Shown in pieces: positions 59,101 through 64,000 of a stretch of DNA of 64,000 nt (position 1 is the first letter of the stretch; the number at the start of each line of letters is the position of its first letter). Below the pieces are notes generated by a model. The model made no database searches, was not told the DNA's origin, and saw only the letters and a list, made by a program, of their open reading frames with translations. Both the position numbers and the translations under genes were made by a program. Source of the DNA: Octopus bimaculoides (Eukaryota); assembly GCF_001194135.2 (NCBI RefSeq), contig NC_068982.1:66084041-66148040 (forward strand). Direction: 5' to 3'.

Positions 59101-59400
59101 AATGACTTATGGTATTTAATTATATACTTTTATGTGCCAAAATTAACTTTGCATTTCATCCTTTTAGGAGTTGGTAAACTCAGTCTCAGTGAAATATTGA
59201 AGTTGATTAATCAGCTATTTTTTTTTTTTATCCCTCACCAGAAAATGTGTTGTCTATTTTCTTATGTTAGAAACCATTATTAAAATGGGCAAGTGAGATG
59301 GAAAGATAAAATTGATAATTGATACATTAATGGATGAAACACTTTGCTGTATTTGGTCATGATGCCGTTTTGTCCTGAGCTCAAATCTCACCAGTGTCGA

Positions 59401-59437
<37 letters not shown>

Positions 59438-59803
59438 TTTTTACCTTTCATCCTTCTGCAGTTCAGTAAAATAAGAATCTGTCATGTGTTGGGATTATTC
59501 ACACTCTACCCACCAGGATATGTAGTTTTTATGACTGTTAGAAATAATTATTAATTTCAAGAAATACAATAATATAATGTTTTGCAAGGGGAGCAAAAAA
59601 AATAAAGGAGAACAGCAACATATATTTTGGGTAGATTATATGTATTTTAAAATAAATTGTTTGATATCCAGTGTTGAAAATCTTGTTCAATTACATTCCA
59701 AACACACTCACTTATTCAACATATGTGTTTGTGTGTGTTTATGTTTGTTTTTATGTTTAGTTATAATAAAAACAATTTTACTTTAATCTGTGGGGTTACT
59801 CTA

Positions 59804-61000
59804 CAGGGTGACCCAAAAGTTCTTTTACAAAGGTTAAACAATGTATTTCAGCCAAATATCTAAATCAGTTTACTTGAAAACTTGCACACTAATTTTTAAC
59901 ATATTCAGCAATGTAACAGCAAAAAATTATTCAATAAATCCACCTTGTTTCTCTATTACAGCCTTAAGTTTACCAGGCACTGCTTCAACAGGGGCTCACA
60001 AGACTTCTAGTGGTATCTTCTCCCATTCACACTGCAGAGACCTCTTTAAATCCACTACTAAATGATGAGATTTAGCACAAGCATTGGTCTCCAAGATGAA
60101 CCAAATGCTAAAGTCCATTGGGTTGAGGTCTGGGCTTGAGGGAGGCCATTCTTCCTTGGACAAGGAATCTGGGACATTGTCCACTAAGTCACTTCTGAGT
60201 CCTGTTTGCAGTGTGAGCAGGTGCTCCATCCTGCTGGAAGAGAGAGGGGCCACTGTTAAACAATTCTTGGCTTAAATGTTTCACCACAAGCTCAAGAATG
60301 AGTTCTTCATAGCTTGCAGCCTTGATTTTGACTACTTTAGGAACAAAAAAAAAAAAAAAAGAGAGGTGTTTTCCCCTTTGAAGATACTCCAGCCCAAACC
60401 ATCACAGATAAGGAATTTTGAGTGGCAAATATCTCTGGCATCCTCTGGACATGACTGAGTGTTTTCTGCAAGGACCCTGTCATTGTGGTTGTTGTGAGCT
60501 TCTTCAACAGTGAACATCTTGTCCAAGCTCTGAGTATAAAGTTGGTCAAGCAGTGCATGACTTCTTGCAAGTCTCTTTCCTTTCGAAGCAGTTGTTAGGC
60601 TGTGAACTTTTCAGTTTCAATGAAGCAAGTCCAAAGTCACTTTTGACAACTCACTTCAAAGATTCTTTTGAAACTCCCAGCTCAGCAGCCATCTTTCTCA
60701 AGGAGTGCTTTGGATTTCTGTGAACTCTAGAACTGATGATTTTTTGGAGCCTGGAAGTCCTGACTAACCTGGGATGTCCTGTTCTCGCTCAATCTTGAAC
60801 TCCTCCAGTGTCCTTAAATCAATTGATGGTTCGGTAGATGAAAATTTGCCTTGCTTTTGGCCAATTGAGAAGATTCAAAATTTCTGATGGTGACTTGCCA
60901 GCTTGATGTAGCTCAACTACAGCAGATAATTCATGTCCCATTCTAATTTTGGACAAAACTATATCTCTTAGCTTGAAGATGAGTTCAGAACCTGAAAGAA
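59804..61000 (-). mobile_element. Decayed maT (DD37D) Tc1/mariner transposon
   Basis: TA-cagggtg end; ELSAVVELHQAGKSPSEI HTH; DKMFTVEEAHN.HNDR; SVMVWAGVS; FQQDGAPAH; WPPSSPDLNPMD (about 37 residues between D2 and D3, across a frameshift). Confidence 0.85.
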
Positions 61001-61344
61001 GACAAAAAAAAAATCTTTAAAATGATATGAAATAATGATAAAACTGCCACTTTTTTATGTTAAATTAAGAACTTCAAAAAATGTAACAGAGCAAGTTTCA
61101 GCCAGGTAAGCCATTGTCATAAAGCATGACAATGACTTACTGGCTGAAACTTAAAAGTCACTGTCAACAATATTCTTCACATACAGTTCATATTTGTCCT
61201 TAACAATTGTTTCAATGGAGTGAAACATCATTATTTAATTGGATTACATAATTATTTAAAGTTTACCTATATCTTAAGGGAAAATGATAATCAGAACACT
61301 GTTACTGATTTAAATACAATGGAGCAGAGAGAAAAAAATATCAG

Positions 61345-61690
61345 CAAGGGCTAGCTGTGTGGAGAAGAAGCTTGGTTTACAACTATATGGTTTCTGGTAC
61401 AGTCCCACTGCACTGCACTTTAAGCAAGTGTCGTCTATAGCTCCAGGCTGACCAATTCCTTGTGAGTGAATTTGGTAGTTGGAAACTGTGTGGAAGCCTA
61501 TCATGTGTGTTTGGGTTTGTCCCACTCACTACTGGTGTTGGTTTGTTTACATACTTATAACTTAGTGGTTTAGCAAAACAAACTGATAGAATAAGAAAAT
61601 AAGTACTGGAGTCAATTTGTGTGACTAAACCTTTCAGGTAGTGCCCCAGCATGGCCACAGTCCAGTGACTGAAACAAGAAAAAGATAAGT
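61345..61690 (+). mobile_element. CORE-like SINE with agtaaaag-type tail
   Basis: gctgtgtggagaag head, gcactttaagcaagtg, ccagcatggccacagtc, gaaacaagaaaaagat. Confidence 0.7.
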
Positions 61691-61956
61691 TGCTTGATTA
61701 CCAGTTTTAATTCTTTTCTCCCAAAGATATAGGTAATACATCATTTTTGTATTTTAATAACATAATTATATAATAATGTTTTATTCCATTGCAACAGCTG
61801 TTGAAAACAATTAAATTATGAATTATACAAAGATATGACAGAAGTAAACAGACACCCCATAAAACATCGTTTTATGTTTATTCTAACTTGTAAAGGTTTA
61901 TATTTTTTATTAATTGACATTTTTATGTTTCAGGTTCTATATGTGACTGCTTAATC

Positions 61957-62653
61957 ATGTCATGTACAAAAGAAACCTTGGAATTGTCTGAATTTCAAAG
62001 CGACCATATTGTGGGTCATTCTGAAGTTGGACATAGCATAAAATTGCAGTAAACCTTGGGATCTCACTTCCTACCATTAATAGAGTAATTGTGCAATTGA
62101 CCAGAAAGGGGAAGGAATCCACCTCACCTCACCCAGATCAACCAGGACCCTTCTCTTTGTTAAGAGAAGTGTGTAGGATAATCCTCGTTGCAAGGCCTCT
62201 AACATAGCAGAACAAGTTGATGTCAGTCCCAGAACAGCTGCCAGGTATCTTCACATACTATAGTAGAGTAGCAAGAAGGAAGCCACTTCTTTGACCAGCC
62301 AACATCAAGTGGAGAAAAGATTGGGCCAGTGAGATGGTGGAGAGGCCACCAGCATTTTGGGATACTGTCAGATTCTCTGATGCATCCAGATTTGCTGTAG
62401 TTCCTGACAGTGATCGAGTGTGGGTCTGGAGACTCTATGATCAAGAATTTGATGTGAAAAGATTGTAGCCAACAATGAAACATGGCAGCTATTCTGTGAT
62501 GGTCTGGGAAGCAATTTGGAGCAATGTCATGGAGCAATTTGGTGGAGTGTGAGGGAAACATAAACCCAGATAAATATGTGTCCATATTGCAGAAAGGACT
62601 CCTTCCAATCTTCTCCAGTGATAAAATGATTAAAGAAGACTTTATTTATGGAA
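61957..62653 (+). mobile_element. Decayed Tc1-like transposase, truncated by an N-gap
   Basis: ELSEFQSDHIVGHSEVG HTH; RRKPLL; FSDASRF; TMKHGSYSVMVW; EGNINPDKYVSILQKGLLP. Confidence 0.85.
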
Positions 62654-62911
62654 NNNNNNNNNNNNNNNNNNNNNNNNNNNNNNNNNNNNNNNNNNNNNNN
62701 NNNNNNNNNNNNNNNNNNNNNNNNNNNNNNNNNNNNNNNNNNNNNNNNNNNNNNNNNNNNNNNNNNNNNNNNNNNNNNNNNNNNNNNNNNNNNNNNNNNN
62801 NNNNNNNNNNNNNNNNNNNNNNNNNNNNNNNNNNNNNNNNNNNNNNNNNNNNNNNNNNNNNNNNNNNNNNNNNNNNNNGGGGGGTTATTTGATTTCTAGA
62901 CTAAACAGTGT

Positions 62912-63296
62912 GGAGGTGCAATGGCCCAGTGGTTGGAGCAGCAGACTTGCGGTCATAGGATCGCGGTTTCGATTCACAGACTGGGCGTTGTGAGTGTTTA
63001 TTGAGCGAAAACACCTAAAGATCCACGAGGCTCCGGCAGGGGATGGTGGCAAATCCTGCTGTACTCTTTTACCACAACTTTCTCTCACTCTTACTTCCTG
63101 TTTCTGTTGTGCCTGTAATTCAAAGGGTCAGCCTTGTCACACTGTGTCACGCTGAATATCCTCAAGAACTACGTTAAGGGTACACGTGTCTGTGGAGTGC
63201 TCAGCCACTTGCACGTTAATTTCATGAGCAGGCTGTTCTGTTGATTGAATCAATTGGAACCCTCGACGTCGTAAGCAATGGAGTGCCAACAACAAT
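62912..63296 (+). mobile_element. Full-length tRNA(Arg)-like-headed SINE ending (CAA)n
   Basis: A box tggcccagtgg, gacttgcggtc anticodon-like arm, B box ggtttcgattca; the body recurs at 13.1-13.3 kb and 19.9-20.1 kb. Confidence 0.8.
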
Positions 63297-63424
63297 AAGA
63301 CTAAGCAGTACACTGTGTCCTTGAGAAAGGTACTTCATTTTGCATAGCTCCTGTCTACTAAACTGAAAGATGAGAATACCAGTCAAGTACTACTGCAGCC
63401 TTCTCTTTGTCCAACTGTCACATC

Positions 63425-63941
63425 CTTAATGTCCATTGAAGTCACCAGCCACAAAGAGAAGGTCCCTGTCATTCATTGACGAGGCAGTCTGCAAGAGGGT
63501 GTCATAAAATTGGTCTTTCTGTCCATCGGATAGCCCGGGCTGAGGTGCATAGGCCGAGATAATGGTTGCTAACCCATGATAAAGGACTAATCTAATCTTA
63601 AGTATTCTATCGCATACTCTGGCTACCTCGATTACCTATCCACCCATTTCTCCACAAGAAGTATAAGAACACCCCGACCCTGTCTGTGTTCCCTGCCCAG
63701 AAAATCTTGTACCTGTGAGGAACCTAGCTGAACCTCCTCTCCACCTTACTTCTTGGAGGCTGCAGATATCGACACATCTCCATTCAAGCATCTCAACAAT
63801 CTCACCAGACCTACCTTTCAATGTGCCGACGTTGAGAGTGCCAACCCTGAGGGTGTGGGAGGTATGGGCCCATGAGACCCTGGGATGGGAAAGAGCAGTG
63901 TCATGTACTTGAAAAGAAAGCTCGCATTTTGCAGAATTCAT
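63425..63941 (-). mobile_element. RTE LINE 5' portion: AP endonuclease remnant
   Basis: LRVGTLNVGTLKGRSGEIVEML..VDICSLQEVRWRG; across a frameshift YKIFWAGN, IISAYAPQ, FVAGDFNGH. Confidence 0.9.
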
Positions 63942-64000
63942 AAATAATCAGTAGCCCTCATTTCAACCTGCATCCACTACACTATCGTATTTTGCACTAT

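Noticed and set aside
62912-62985. Functional tRNA gene
   Set aside because: The tRNA-like heads lack a complete acceptor stem and run into repeat bodies; they are SINE heads.
52275-64000. A second host gene downstream of CPT1
   Set aside because: All recognisable coding signal is transposon-derived; I found no spliced exon series on either strand.

Overview
AT-rich, repeat-dense animal genomic DNA with six N-gaps. The SINE families, (TA)n/(GT)n microsatellites and intron style suggest an Octopus/coleoid cephalopod assembly (inference). One protein-coding gene is supported: a complete carnitine O-palmitoyltransferase 1 (CPT1) on the + strand. I assembled 21 GT-AG coding exons by hand from 5432 to 52274 (2304 nt, 767 aa, continuous frame). 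The catalytic His lies on a 26-nt frame-shifting micro-exon. Introns and flanks hold decayed transposons (pogo/Tigger, mariner, maT, Tc1, hAT and piggyBac-type MITEs, a Helentron-type HINE, a Chapaev-like fragment, Gypsy, RTE/CR1 LINEs) and many tRNA-derived SINEs; nearly all ORF-track entries are artefacts of these. The most notable unexplained structure is a set of three different degenerate minimal hammerhead-ribozyme motifs: one embedded in a tRNA-headed SINE, one at the window start, and one pair inside a large foldback. Several long RNA hairpins and a duplicated splice acceptor also stand out. Exon coordinates were read base by base; repeat boundaries are approximate.
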